A stretch of 64,000 nucleotides of DNA from an uncultured Clostridia bacterium (lineage in GTDB: Bacteria; Bacillota; Clostridia; TANB77; CAG-508), in NCBI GenBank assembly GCA_944387525.1, contig CALXFF010000002.1, positions 8,954-72,953 on the forward strand, in the 5' to 3' direction. Each line of letters opens with the position of its first letter. Within the stretch, counting starts at the first letter, position 1. The notes beneath the pieces are model-generated. The model was given only the letters and a program-made list of their open reading frames with translations, ran no database searches and was not told where the DNA came from. The position numbers and the translations under genes are program-made. Shown in pieces: positions 28,825 to 38,178 of the stretch.

Positions 28825-30091
28825 AAGCAACTTTTCCATTTACAATTGTATATTTTACTTTACCTTTTAATTTTTTTCCTATAAATGGGCTGTTTTTAGA
28901 TTTTGATACTATCATTTCTTTTGTGTAAACATATTCTTCATTTGAATCAAATATAGTGATATCCGCCTTTTTTCCTATCTCTATACTACCTCTTTCGTTG
29001 TCTATATGTAATAATTTTGATGGAGTATATGAAGTTAATCTTACTAAGTTTAAGTAGTCAATATGTCCTGGGTCTACTAAGTTCATTATTTCTGCTGGGA
29101 GTGCTGTTTCAAACCCTATTATCCCATTTGGCGCTTTTGATAATTCTACATCTTTTTCTTCTTCTGCATGTGGTGCATGGTCTGTTATTATACAATCTAT
29201 TGTTCCTTCTTTTAGTCCTTCTATTATTGCTTGTCTATCTTTTTCTTCTCTTAATGGTGGATTCATTTTTGCATTTGTTCCAGATTTTAATACTTCGTCT
29301 ACTGTAAATGTAAAATAGTGTGGACATGTTTCGCATGTTATTTTTACACCTCTTTTTTTAGCATCTCTTATCATGTTTTTACTTGTTTTTGTACTTATAT
29401 GACATATGTGTCCTCTAACATTATTTGTTTCTGATATAACTATTTCTCTTGCAGCCATTATTTCTTCTGCTTCTGGTAATACTCCTTGAACTCCTAATTC
29501 TTCTGCTACTTTTCCTGCATTTATTGCACCAGCAGAAACAGATTTTTCTTCACAATGTGATGCTACAAATGTTCCGAGTTTATCTGCTTCAATCATTGCT
29601 TGTCTCATCATTCTGCTATTTACAACTGGCATACCATCATCTGAAAATGCAATTGCTCCTGCATTTCTTAATTCTTCAAAATTTACTAATTCTTCTCCTT
29701 TTTCTCCTTTAGATACAGAAGCATATGGAAGTATATTGCATAAATTTACTCTTCTTGCTTCTTCTATTATTTTTTGCAAATTAATAGCGCTATCTGGTGT
29801 TGGTTTTGTATTTGGCATTGGACAAATAGTTGTAAAACCTCCTGCAACAGCGCTTTTGCTGCCTGTTTCAATTGTTTCTTTATATTCAAAACCGGGTTCT
29901 CTTAAATGGCAATGAATATCAATCATTCCAGGCATAATATATAGTTTTGAACAGTCAATTATTTTATCTGCTTTTTCTTCTATATTTTTTCCTATTTCTT
30001 TGATTTTGTCATCTTCAATTAGTATGTCTTTTTCTTCAAATGTGTTTGTCTTATAATCAATTAGTGTTCCGCCTTTTAATAATGTTTTCAT
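28808..30091 (-). CDS. pyrC: Dihydroorotase
   Basis: DIHCHLREPG metal-binding motif. 427 aa. Confidence 0.9.
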   Translation of the reverse strand: MKTLLKGGTLIDYKTNTFEEKDILIEDDKIKEIGKNIEEKADKIIDCSKLYIMPGMIDIHCHLREPGFEYKETIETGSKSAVAGGFTTICPMPNTKPTPDSAINLQKIIEEARRVNLCNILPYASVSKGEKGEELVNFEELRNAGAIAFSDDGMPVVNSRMMRQAMIEADKLGTFVASHCEEKSVSAGAINAGKVAEELGVQGVLPEAEEIMAAREIVISETNNVRGHICHISTKTSKNMIRDAKKRGVKITCETCPHYFTFTVDEVLKSGTNAKMNPPLREEKDRQAIIEGLKEGTIDCIITDHAPHAEEEKDVELSKAPNGIIGFETALPAEIMNLVDPGHIDYLNLVRLTSYTPSKLLHIDNERGSIEIGKKADITIFDSNEEYVYTKEMIVSKSKNSPFIGKKLKGKVKYTIVNGKVAYLGTC

Positions 30092-30247
30092 GGCTAAATC
30101 CTCCTATCATTTTTTCTTATATTATCATTACATTTGATTATTTTCAATAGTTTTAATAAATAAAAAAATAGAAATGTTATATTGCAGATATATTCTTTTA
30201 TATGATATACTTTATATAGTTTTTAATTGAATAGCGAGGAACAAGAT

Positions 30248-31564
30248 ATGAAAAATTTTTTTATTGTATTAATAATGAAACTTTTAAATATTGCATTAAA
30301 GATAGCAGGTAAACAAGGTGGTAACTTTCTTGGTAAGATAGCATTTGATTGGAATCCTGAAATATTCAAATATTTTAAAATAGATTGTCCAATTATTGCT
30401 GTTACTGCAACAAATGGGAAAACTATGACAAATAATGCTATCGGATATGTTTTTGAAACAGCAGGAAAAAAAGTTATCAGCAACAAAGAAGGAAACAATA
30501 TGGAGACTGGAATTTTATCTACTCTTCTAAAGCATTGTTCTTTAACTGGTAAAATTAAAGCTGATTACTTAGTTTTTGAAGTTGATGAAGGTTATGTACC
30601 TGTTGTATTTAAAGATTTAAAATTAGATACATTAGTTGTTTTAGATTTTTTCCGTGATCAATTAGATAGAAACGGTGAAGTTGAAACATTAATTTTAAAG
30701 ATAAATGAATTTCTTAAAACTTATACTTGTAATTTAGTATTAAATAGTGATGACCCTAATGTTTCAAGACTTGGAAGAGCAAACCCTGATAATGAAAATG
30801 TATATTATTTTAGTGTTGAACCATATAAATATGCAACAAAAGAGATGAAAGAAGCTGGAGAAGGAAAATTTTGCCCATTCTGCAATACTCGTCTCGAATA
30901 TGAATATTATCAGTATTCTCACATAGGAAAATTCGAATGTCCTAATTGTCATTATGGCGATAATGAAATTTACAAACTTGCTCAAAATGTTGACTTAAAA
31001 AATAGAAGTTTTGAAGTTGATGGAATTACATATAAAACTAAATTTAATAGTATTTATAACATATACAATTTTATTGCTGTAATTTCATGTGTTAGCTTAT
31101 ATAACATTGATACAAAAATTGTACAAAAAGCTTTATCGGAATTTGTTTTGAATAATGGTCGTTTAGAAGAAATTGATATAAATGGTATTCCAACTATTAT
31201 TAATTTAGCAAAAAATCCTACTGGAAGTAACGTTAGTTTAAGAATTTTAAATGAAGATGATGATGAAAAAGAATTGCTTTTTGTTTTGAATGATAACTTA
31301 GCTGACGGTCATGATGTTTCTTGGATTTGGGATATTGACTTTTCAAATTTAAATAATGTATCTAGAGTTATAACTTCTGGAACTAGAGCTTATGACATGG
31401 CAATTAGAATTAAAACTTCTGGATTTGATGCAGATAAAATAGAGCCTTACCTAGATTTACATGAAGCAGTTAAAAATTTATATAAAACAAATGTTAAAAA
31501 ATATGTTATTGCAAATTATACTTCTTTGCAACCAACAAGAACTGAAATTTTGAAGTTGAAATGA
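30248..31564 (+). CDS. murT: Lipid II isoglutaminyl synthase subunit MurT (Mur-ligase domain + DUF1727 with Cys4 zinc ribbon)
   Basis: Mur ligase P-loop TATNGKTMT and CPFCNTRL...CPNCHYG. The probable start is ATG 30248 (RBS GAGGAA). The track ORF begins at an upstream TTG. Confidence 0.8.
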   Translation: MKNFFIVLIMKLLNIALKIAGKQGGNFLGKIAFDWNPEIFKYFKIDCPIIAVTATNGKTMTNNAIGYVFETAGKKVISNKEGNNMETGILSTLLKHCSLTGKIKADYLVFEVDEGYVPVVFKDLKLDTLVVLDFFRDQLDRNGEVETLILKINEFLKTYTCNLVLNSDDPNVSRLGRANPDNENVYYFSVEPYKYATKEMKEAGEGKFCPFCNTRLEYEYYQYSHIGKFECPNCHYGDNEIYKLAQNVDLKNRSFEVDGITYKTKFNSIYNIYNFIAVISCVSLYNIDTKIVQKALSEFVLNNGRLEEIDINGIPTIINLAKNPTGSNVSLRILNEDDDEKELLFVLNDNLADGHDVSWIWDIDFSNLNNVSRVITSGTRAYDMAIRIKTSGFDADKIEPYLDLHEAVKNLYKTNVKKYVIANYTSLQPTRTEILKLK

Positions 31565-31592
31565 TGATTTTGGGACGGAGAAAAAATCATCC
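31561..31592 (+). terminator. Hairpin GATGATTTT-gggacggagaa-AAAATCATC after murT (GGGACGG motif in the loop)
   Basis: 9-bp stem read directly. The T-run is weak. Confidence 0.35.
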
Positions 31593-31647
31593 AAATATTT
31601 TATATACAAATATATATAAATAAAAAACAGAAAAGAGGTATTCTCTA

Positions 31648-32394
31648 ATGAAAGAATTAAAAATATTATATTTATATCCTGACATTTTAGAATTATATGG
31701 AGATTATGGAAATATTCAAGTTTTAAAATATCGATTAGAAAAACGTGGAATAACTGCTATTATAGATAGATATTCTATTGGAGATAATCCTCCAGATTTT
31801 AATAGTTATGACTTGGTTTTTGCAGGTGGTGGAGCTGATCAGGAACAAGGAATTTTAGCTGATGATTTGATTAAATATAAAGATAATATTAAAGAAGCTA
31901 TTAATAATGGTGTGTTCTTTTTATTAATTTGTGGTGCTTATCAGTTGTTTGGAAAATATTATAAATCTGCTGATGGTGATGTTGTTCCAGGTTTAGAAGT
32001 TTTTGATTATTATACAGAAGCTATAAATGATCGAAAGAAAAGATGTATCGGAAATATTGTAATAGAAGCTAATCTTAATGGAAAAAGTACAGAAGTTATT
32101 GGCTTTGAAAATCATGGCGGTCAGACTTTTGATATTTCTAATCCTTTTGGGAAAGTTCTATTTGGTAATGGCAACAAGTTTGGAGATACTGAAGAAGGTT
32201 ATTTTCAAAATAATGTTATTGCAACTTATTTACATGGTCCTCTTCTTTCTAAAAATCCTGAACTTGCTGATTATATTATTAAGCATTGTTTAGATAGAAA
32301 GTATAACGAAGCTGTTGTTTTAGAACCTCTTGATGATAGTTTTGAAGAGCTTTGTAGAAATCAATTGTTGGATAGATTTTTGGATGATAACTAA
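31648..32394 (+). CDS. gatD: Glutamine amidotransferase GatD (MurT partner, CobB/CobQ-like GATase)
   Basis: ICGAYQLFG catalytic Cys motif. Adjacent to murT. Confidence 0.8.
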   Translation: MKELKILYLYPDILELYGDYGNIQVLKYRLEKRGITAIIDRYSIGDNPPDFNSYDLVFAGGGADQEQGILADDLIKYKDNIKEAINNGVFFLLICGAYQLFGKYYKSADGDVVPGLEVFDYYTEAINDRKKRCIGNIVIEANLNGKSTEVIGFENHGGQTFDISNPFGKVLFGNGNKFGDTEEGYFQNNVIATYLHGPLLSKNPELADYIIKHCLDRKYNEAVVLEPLDDSFEELCRNQLLDRFLDDN

Positions 32395-32426
32395 ATTGCT
32401 TTACATATTGATATTTTAATATTAAA

Positions 32427-32478
32427 AGAAATCCGAGTATTATATATGTTCTCAGATTTCTTTTTCTTTTTATTTTTT
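32427..32478 (+). terminator. Rho-independent terminator after gatD (AGAAATCCGAG...CTCAGATTTCT + long T-run)
   Basis: 11-bp stem with one mismatch, followed by TTTTCTTTTTATTTTTTT. Confidence 0.7.
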
Positions 32479-32498
32479 TGTTTTATTCCCGTTACTAA

Positions 32499-32556
32499 GT
32501 GCCGTCCCTAAACTGACCAAAAATGGTCACTCCGAACCTGTCCCCAAACTGACCAT
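32499..32556. repeat. GGGAC-family repeat, module 1 (reverse orientation), abutting the nrdD stop
   Basis: gtgccgtccctaaactgaccaaaaatggtcactccgaacctgtccccaaactgaccat. The nrdD TGA overlaps the element end. Confidence 0.8.
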
Positions 32557-34682
32557 CACAAGTGCATTACACGTTGTTTAATTTCTTTTGTCTTTCCTAC
32601 GTTCCAGAAGTTTTCTCCTAAATATCCACATGTTCTTCTAACTACAGTCATTTTACTATGGTCTTTGTTTCCACAGTTTGGACATTCCCATTCGTTATCT
32701 TTATTAATTATTATTTCTCCATCAAAACCACATTCATGGCAATAATCTGATTTTGTATTAAATTCTGCATATTGGATGTTATCATATATGAATTTAACAA
32801 CTGTTTCTAATGCTTCTAAGTTTTTGTTCATATTTGGTATTTCTATATATGATATTGAACCACCAGATGATATCTTTTGGAATTCACTTTCAAATGATAA
32901 CTTTGAAAATGCGTCAATTTTTTCTCTTACATCTACATGATATGAATTTGTATAATATCCTTTATCTGTAACATCTTTAATTGTTCCAAATTTTTCTTTG
33001 TCTATTCTTGCAAATTTGTAACATAAACTTTCTGCTGGTGTACCATATAAAGCAAATCCAATATTTGTTTCTTTTTTCCATCTATCTGTTGTTTCTCTTA
33101 AATGTTTCATAACTCTTAATGCAAATTCATGTCCTTTTTCTGTTGTATGTGATTCACCAGTCATTAGTTTTGTTACTTCATATAGTCCTATATATCCTAA
33201 AGATATTGTTGAATATCCACCATATAATAATTTGTCTATCTTTTCACCTTTTTCAAGTCTTGCTATTGCTCCATATTGCCAGTGGATTGGGCTTATATCT
33301 GAATGTGTTCCAAGTAATGCATAATGTCTACACATTAATGCTTCTTTACAAAGTTCAAGTCTTTCATCAAATATCTTCCAGAATTTTTCTTCATCACCTT
33401 TTGCTATAATTCCTATTTGTGGTAAATTGATACTTACTACACCTTGATTAAATCTTCCTTCAAATTTGTAGTTTCCGTTTTCATCTTTCCAAGGTGATAA
33501 GAAACTTCTACATCCCATTGGACTGAATACGTTTCCTTCATAATTTTCACGCATTTTTTTAGCTGATATGTAATCTGGATACATTCTTTTTGCTGAACAT
33601 TTAACTGCAAGTCTTGTTAAATAATCATATTCTCCACCTTGTAAATTGTTAAATTCGTCTAAAACATAAACTAATTTTGGAAATGCTGGTGTTACATACA
33701 CTCCTGCTTCATTTTTTATTCCTTCATATCTTTGTCTTAATACTTCTTCAATAATCATTGCATTTTCTTTGATATATGGATCATCTTTTTCTAGGTGTAG
33801 GAATAATGTCACAAATGGGGCTTGTCCATTAGTTGTCATTAATGTGTTTATTTGATATTGGATAGTTTGTACTCCTGATTTTAGTTCTGCTTTTAATCTG
33901 TCTTGAACCATATCTTCTATTATTTTGTCTTTTATCTTTCCTTTATATTTGCTCTCAAGTTCTTTTTTATACTTGTTATAACTTTTTCTTAAATATTTTC
34001 CTAAGTGAATTAAATCTACTGATTGTCCTCCGTATTGATTACTTGCAACTGTTGCTATTATTTGTGTTGTAACAATACATGCAACTTGAAAACTTTTTGG
34101 GCTTTCAATCATTTTTCCATTCATTACTGTTCCATTATCAAGCATATCTGCTATATTAATTAAACAACAATTAAATATTGGCTGTACAAAATAATCAGCA
34201 TCATGGAAATGTAAAATTCCGTCTGCATCTGCTTTTACTATTTTTTCTGGTAATAATAGTCTTTTTGTTAAGTCTCTTGATACTTCACCTGCTATGTAAT
34301 CTCTTTGTGTTGATGCAAGTAATGTATTTTTGTTGGAATTTTCTTCTGCTAATTCTTTATTATCATTTCTTATCAATCCTAATATTGATTCATCTGTAGT
34401 GTTAGCTTTTCTGACTAATGCTCTTGTATATCTATATACAATATATTTTTTAGCTAGTTCGTATTTATCTAATTCCATTAATTTTTCTTCGATAATGTCT
34501 TGAATATCTTCAACTAGCATTCTTTTTTTACCTAAGTCTTCTATATATAAAATAATTCCTTTTATATCTTCTTTAGTTGCTCTTTCTTTAGGTTTTACCT
34601 CTTGATTTGCTTTTTCAATTGCTACTTTAATTTTTGCTCTGTCATAGTCTACAGCTCTTCCATCTCTCTTGATAATTTTCAT
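32556..34682 (-). CDS. nrdD: Anaerobic ribonucleoside-triphosphate reductase (class III)
   Basis: C-terminal glycyl-radical motif RTCGYLG and zinc ribbon CHECG...CPNCG. 708 aa. Confidence 0.9.
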   Translation of the reverse strand: MKIIKRDGRAVDYDRAKIKVAIEKANQEVKPKERATKEDIKGIILYIEDLGKKRMLVEDIQDIIEEKLMELDKYELAKKYIVYRYTRALVRKANTTDESILGLIRNDNKELAEENSNKNTLLASTQRDYIAGEVSRDLTKRLLLPEKIVKADADGILHFHDADYFVQPIFNCCLINIADMLDNGTVMNGKMIESPKSFQVACIVTTQIIATVASNQYGGQSVDLIHLGKYLRKSYNKYKKELESKYKGKIKDKIIEDMVQDRLKAELKSGVQTIQYQINTLMTTNGQAPFVTLFLHLEKDDPYIKENAMIIEEVLRQRYEGIKNEAGVYVTPAFPKLVYVLDEFNNLQGGEYDYLTRLAVKCSAKRMYPDYISAKKMRENYEGNVFSPMGCRSFLSPWKDENGNYKFEGRFNQGVVSINLPQIGIIAKGDEEKFWKIFDERLELCKEALMCRHYALLGTHSDISPIHWQYGAIARLEKGEKIDKLLYGGYSTISLGYIGLYEVTKLMTGESHTTEKGHEFALRVMKHLRETTDRWKKETNIGFALYGTPAESLCYKFARIDKEKFGTIKDVTDKGYYTNSYHVDVREKIDAFSKLSFESEFQKISSGGSISYIEIPNMNKNLEALETVVKFIYDNIQYAEFNTKSDYCHECGFDGEIIINKDNEWECPNCGNKDHSKMTVVRRTCGYLGENFWNVGKTKEIKQRVMHL

Positions 34683-34743
34683 TTTACATTTCCTCCTTGT
34701 ATTTTTTGCATGCCTAAATTATATATTAAGTTATTCTTTTTTC

Positions 34744-34860
34744 TGTTGCAAAAGCAACAAATTATTTTCTATCTTTTATTAAGTTGCTTTTTTCAATATT
34801 TCGTCATAATATTACATTTATATTACAAAAATATTACGTGGTTTTTGTTGCAATTGCAAC
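34744..34860. promoter_or_regulatory. Two palindromic operator-like sites, TGTTGCAAAAGCAACA (34744-34759) and TGTTGCAATTGCAAC (34846-34860), in the nrdD / Crp-Fnr divergent region
   Basis: 16-bp inverted repeats with half-site TGTTGCAA, read directly. A third half-site AAGTTGC lies at ~34782. Confidence 0.45.
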
Positions 34861-34895
34861 TAATTTCTTATATAATATGTAATGAGGTATGAAAA

Positions 34896-35528
34896 ATGAA
34901 TATTAGTTTTGATATTAAACAATTTGTTGAAGCCCTTGAAAATAGCTGTCATAAAGTCAAAAAGAAATCTTTTTCAAAAAACGAAGTTATAACAAATTAC
35001 ATCGAAAAACGTAATCAATTATGTATTCTTCTTGATGGAAGTGCTGATTTAGTTAGATACGATTTAAATGGTAACCGTACTATCATAGATCATTTTTCAA
35101 AATATGATGTCTTTGGTGAAGTTTTTTATATAGTTTCAACTAATAATGAATTATTTGTTGAGGCTAAAGGAAAGTGTGAAGTTTTGTTCTACATTTATGA
35201 TGATATTAAGAAAAAATGTAAAACAAATTGCAAATTTCATGAAACACTTACTGAGTTGCTTCCAGAGCTTATTTTAAATAAAGTTACTAATCTAAATATG
35301 CGTATTGAACTTTTGACAAAAAGGTCTATTAGAGATAAATTGGTTGGATATTTTAATTTGATTTCTTCAATGTATTTGACTAAAAGTTTTTCTCTTCCTT
35401 TTTCTTTAACTGATTTAGCTGATTATTTAAGTGTTGATAGAAGTGCAATGATGCGTGAATTAAAACTTTTAAAAGATGATGGATTTATTGAAAAAACAGG
35501 AAATAAGATTACACTTTTGTATAAATAA
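34896..35528 (+). CDS. Crp/Fnr-family transcriptional regulator (cNMP-binding + C-terminal HTH)
   Basis: 210 aa. C-terminal HTH SLTDLADYLSVDRSAMMRELKLLKDDGFI. Confidence 0.75.
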   Translation: MNISFDIKQFVEALENSCHKVKKKSFSKNEVITNYIEKRNQLCILLDGSADLVRYDLNGNRTIIDHFSKYDVFGEVFYIVSTNNELFVEAKGKCEVLFYIYDDIKKKCKTNCKFHETLTELLPELILNKVTNLNMRIELLTKRSIRDKLVGYFNLISSMYLTKSFSLPFSLTDLADYLSVDRSAMMRELKLLKDDGFIEKTGNKITLLYK

Positions 35529-35564
35529 GTGTAATCTTATTTGATGTCTTTTATATAATATTTT

Positions 35565-36182
35565 TTATCCATACATTCTTCCTTGCTCTTCTTGTAATTT
35601 TGCTATTTGATAGGCAAGTTCTTTGTGTTCTCTATTATTTTGTAATATTACTCTATCAAATTTTTCATTCATTTCTTTTCTCATCATTGTTTGCTCATTT
35701 AATATTTTTGCTATATTTATGTTTATGGTGTCATCTAATCTTTTGTCAATTCTTTGTGTTGTTTCTTCTAAATTTCCTACTCTTGTATCTAGAACTTTTA
35801 CATCTCTTGTTAAGATATTTACTTTTTTGTTTAAGTTTTTAAATTGTTTTTTTAATCCACTTACTTCTGTGTTTAGCGTATTTACTTGTGTCTTTAGTCC
35901 ACTTACTTCTGTATTTAATGTCTTTACTTGTGTCTTTAGTCCACTCACTTCTGTATTTAACGTATTTACTTGTGTCTTTAGTCCACTTACTTCTGTATTT
36001 AACGTATTTACTTGTGTCTTTAGTCCACTTACTTCTGTATTTAACGTATTTACTTGTGTTTTTAGCCCTCCTACTTCTTTAGTTAGAGTACCAACTTGTG
36101 TTTCTAAGCCATCAAGCCTTTCATTTTGCTTACTAAATTCTCCTTGTATATTTTGCCATAATTCACTAATGTCCATATTCAA
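35565..36182 (-). CDS. Coiled-coil hypothetical protein built from 14-aa tandem repeats (LKTQVNTLNTEVSG x5)
   Basis: The underlying 42-nt DNA tandem repeats lie at ~35855-36110. Confidence 0.6.
   Translation of the reverse strand: MNMDISELWQNIQGEFSKQNERLDGLETQVGTLTKEVGGLKTQVNTLNTEVSGLKTQVNTLNTEVSGLKTQVNTLNTEVSGLKTQVKTLNTEVSGLKTQVNTLNTEVSGLKKQFKNLNKKVNILTRDVKVLDTRVGNLEETTQRIDKRLDDTININIAKILNEQTMMRKEMNEKFDRVILQNNREHKELAYQIAKLQEEQGRMYG
35855..36110. repeat. 42-nt in-frame tandem repeat x ~5-6 (gtctttagtccacttacttctgtatttaacgtatttacttgt)
   Basis: Near-identical units, read directly. Entirely inside the CDS. Confidence 0.85.
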
Positions 36183-36382
36183 TCTTCCTCCTTTCTAAAT
36201 TTATTTGCATAAGATTGACTATGGACATATAATATCATTATAAAATAGAACTTTCAAATTAATTTTTTCTTGTTAGTGTCATATCAGCTATCAAAACCTA
36301 TCATTATCTTTTAAAAGCTCATTTAATCAAACTTTTTCATAAAATTTTACTTTTTAGTTTTTTGTTGTTTAATTTGTAATAA

Positions 36383-36442
36383 GTGGCGTCCCTAAAGTGA
36401 CCAAAAATGGTCAGTCCAAACCTGTCCCCAAACTAACCAAAC
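36383..36442. repeat. GGGAC-family repeat, module 1 (reverse orientation) just downstream of the argS stop
   Basis: gtggcgtccctaaagtgaccaaaaatggtcagtccaaacctgtccccaaactaaccaa. Confidence 0.8.
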
Positions 36443-36450
36443 TAATCTCT

Positions 36451-38157
36451 TTACATTTTGTTTGGCATTTCCATTCCTAATAAGTAACCACCTATTTTTA
36501 ATACTTTTCCAACTGCATTTGTTAAATAGATACGGGCATCTTGTAATTCTTTTTCTTCCCCTATAATTTTATTTTCATTATAGAAATTACTATATGCTTT
36601 TGCTAAATCTATTAAATATCTTGCAAGAATTGATGGCTCTTCTTTGTTTGTTACTTGAGTTAATATATCTTCAAAATTGTATATTGTTTTTAAAACATTA
36701 ATAGAATATTCATCTTGTAATTTTTCGATATTTATATCTTCAAATTTTGGCATTTCTTCTACTTTTGATAATACACTTTGTGTACGTACATATGTATATT
36801 GTATATATGGTCCTGTTTCTCCTTGGAAGTTTAATGCTGTATTCCAATCAAATATTTGGTCTTTTATGTTTGCTGTTGATAGTGTGTTATATACAATTGC
36901 ACCAATTCCAACTTTTTTTGCAACTTCTTCTTTTTCTTTTAAGTCTGGATTTTTTTCTGCTATTATTTCTTCTGCTTTTTCTATTGTTCCATTTATTAAG
37001 TCTTCTATTTTTACAACATTTCCAAGTCTTGTTGACATTTTACCAGTTGGCAAGGCTACCATACCATATGATACATGTTCTAATCCTTTTACATATTTTT
37101 CATCTACTAGATATCTTGCCACTGCAAATATTTGTTTAAAGTGTAGATTTTGTTCATATGCTACTACATACAAGCATTTATCAAAATCATATGTTTTTGC
37201 TCTATACATTATTGCTGCTAAATCTCTTGTTGCATATATTGATGAACCATTTGCTTTTTGTATTAAACATGGTGTTTTTATTCCTACATCTGTTAAATCT
37301 ACAATTTTTGCTCCTTCTGAATCAGTTAATACTCCTTTTTCTTCAAGTTTTTGTATTACTTCATCAGTTTTATCTGCATAAAATGCTTCTCCATTGTATG
37401 AGTCAAATTTGACGTTTAATACATCATAAATCTTGTTAAATTCAACCATACTTACATCTTTAAATTTATTCCACAAGTCTGTACAGTATTTATCTCCTGC
37501 TTCTAATAGTCTAAAATTTTCTCTGCATCTTTCAAGTACGTTTTCATCTTCTTTACAAAGTTCATTAATTCTTACATACATATCCATTAATTTATTAATT
37601 GGATCAACAGTTAAATCATATTCTTGTCCCCACATTTTATATGCTTCTATCATTTTTCCGAATTGTGTTCCATAATCTCCTAAATGATTTACTCCTGTTG
37701 TATTATATCCTAAATATTTATATATTCTGTATAAAGAATTTCCTATTAAAGTTGTTCTTAAATGCCCAATATGAAATGGCTTTGCAATATTAGGTGAAGA
37801 ATAGTCTATTACTATATTTTTTCCTTTTCCTATTTCTGACTTTCCATATTCTTCTTTGTTTGAAATTTCTTCTAATACTTCTTTTGCAAGTAATTTTTTA
37901 TTAATATAGAAATTTATATATCCACCTAAAACTTCAATTCTTTCAATTACATTATTATCAATTTCAATTTTTTCTTTTATTTCTTCTGCAATTGCTTGTG
38001 GGGCTTTTTTTAAAGTTTTTGCAAGCCTAAAACATGGAAATGCATAATCTCCATTGTTTTGGTCTTTTGGAATTTCAATATATCCTTCTATTTCATTTTG
38101 TTCGATTTCTGTTGCTTTTGAAATTTCTTTAGCAATTTCTTTTTTAAATTGTATCAT
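36451..38157 (-). CDS. argS: Arginine--tRNA ligase
   Basis: HIGH motif (PFHIGHLRT). 568 aa. Confidence 0.9.
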   Translation of the reverse strand: MIQFKKEIAKEISKATEIEQNEIEGYIEIPKDQNNGDYAFPCFRLAKTLKKAPQAIAEEIKEKIEIDNNVIERIEVLGGYINFYINKKLLAKEVLEEISNKEEYGKSEIGKGKNIVIDYSSPNIAKPFHIGHLRTTLIGNSLYRIYKYLGYNTTGVNHLGDYGTQFGKMIEAYKMWGQEYDLTVDPINKLMDMYVRINELCKEDENVLERCRENFRLLEAGDKYCTDLWNKFKDVSMVEFNKIYDVLNVKFDSYNGEAFYADKTDEVIQKLEEKGVLTDSEGAKIVDLTDVGIKTPCLIQKANGSSIYATRDLAAIMYRAKTYDFDKCLYVVAYEQNLHFKQIFAVARYLVDEKYVKGLEHVSYGMVALPTGKMSTRLGNVVKIEDLINGTIEKAEEIIAEKNPDLKEKEEVAKKVGIGAIVYNTLSTANIKDQIFDWNTALNFQGETGPYIQYTYVRTQSVLSKVEEMPKFEDINIEKLQDEYSINVLKTIYNFEDILTQVTNKEEPSILARYLIDLAKAYSNFYNENKIIGEEKELQDARIYLTNAVGKVLKIGGYLLGMEMPNKM

Positions 38158-38178
38158 TTAATCTATTCCTTCCATTAC

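Noticed and set aside
35855-36110. Regular ~42-nt direct repeats that superficially resemble a CRISPR array
   Set aside because: The repeats are contiguous with no spacers, in-frame inside a CDS, and encode a 14-aa coiled-coil repeat. This is a coding VNTR, not CRISPR.
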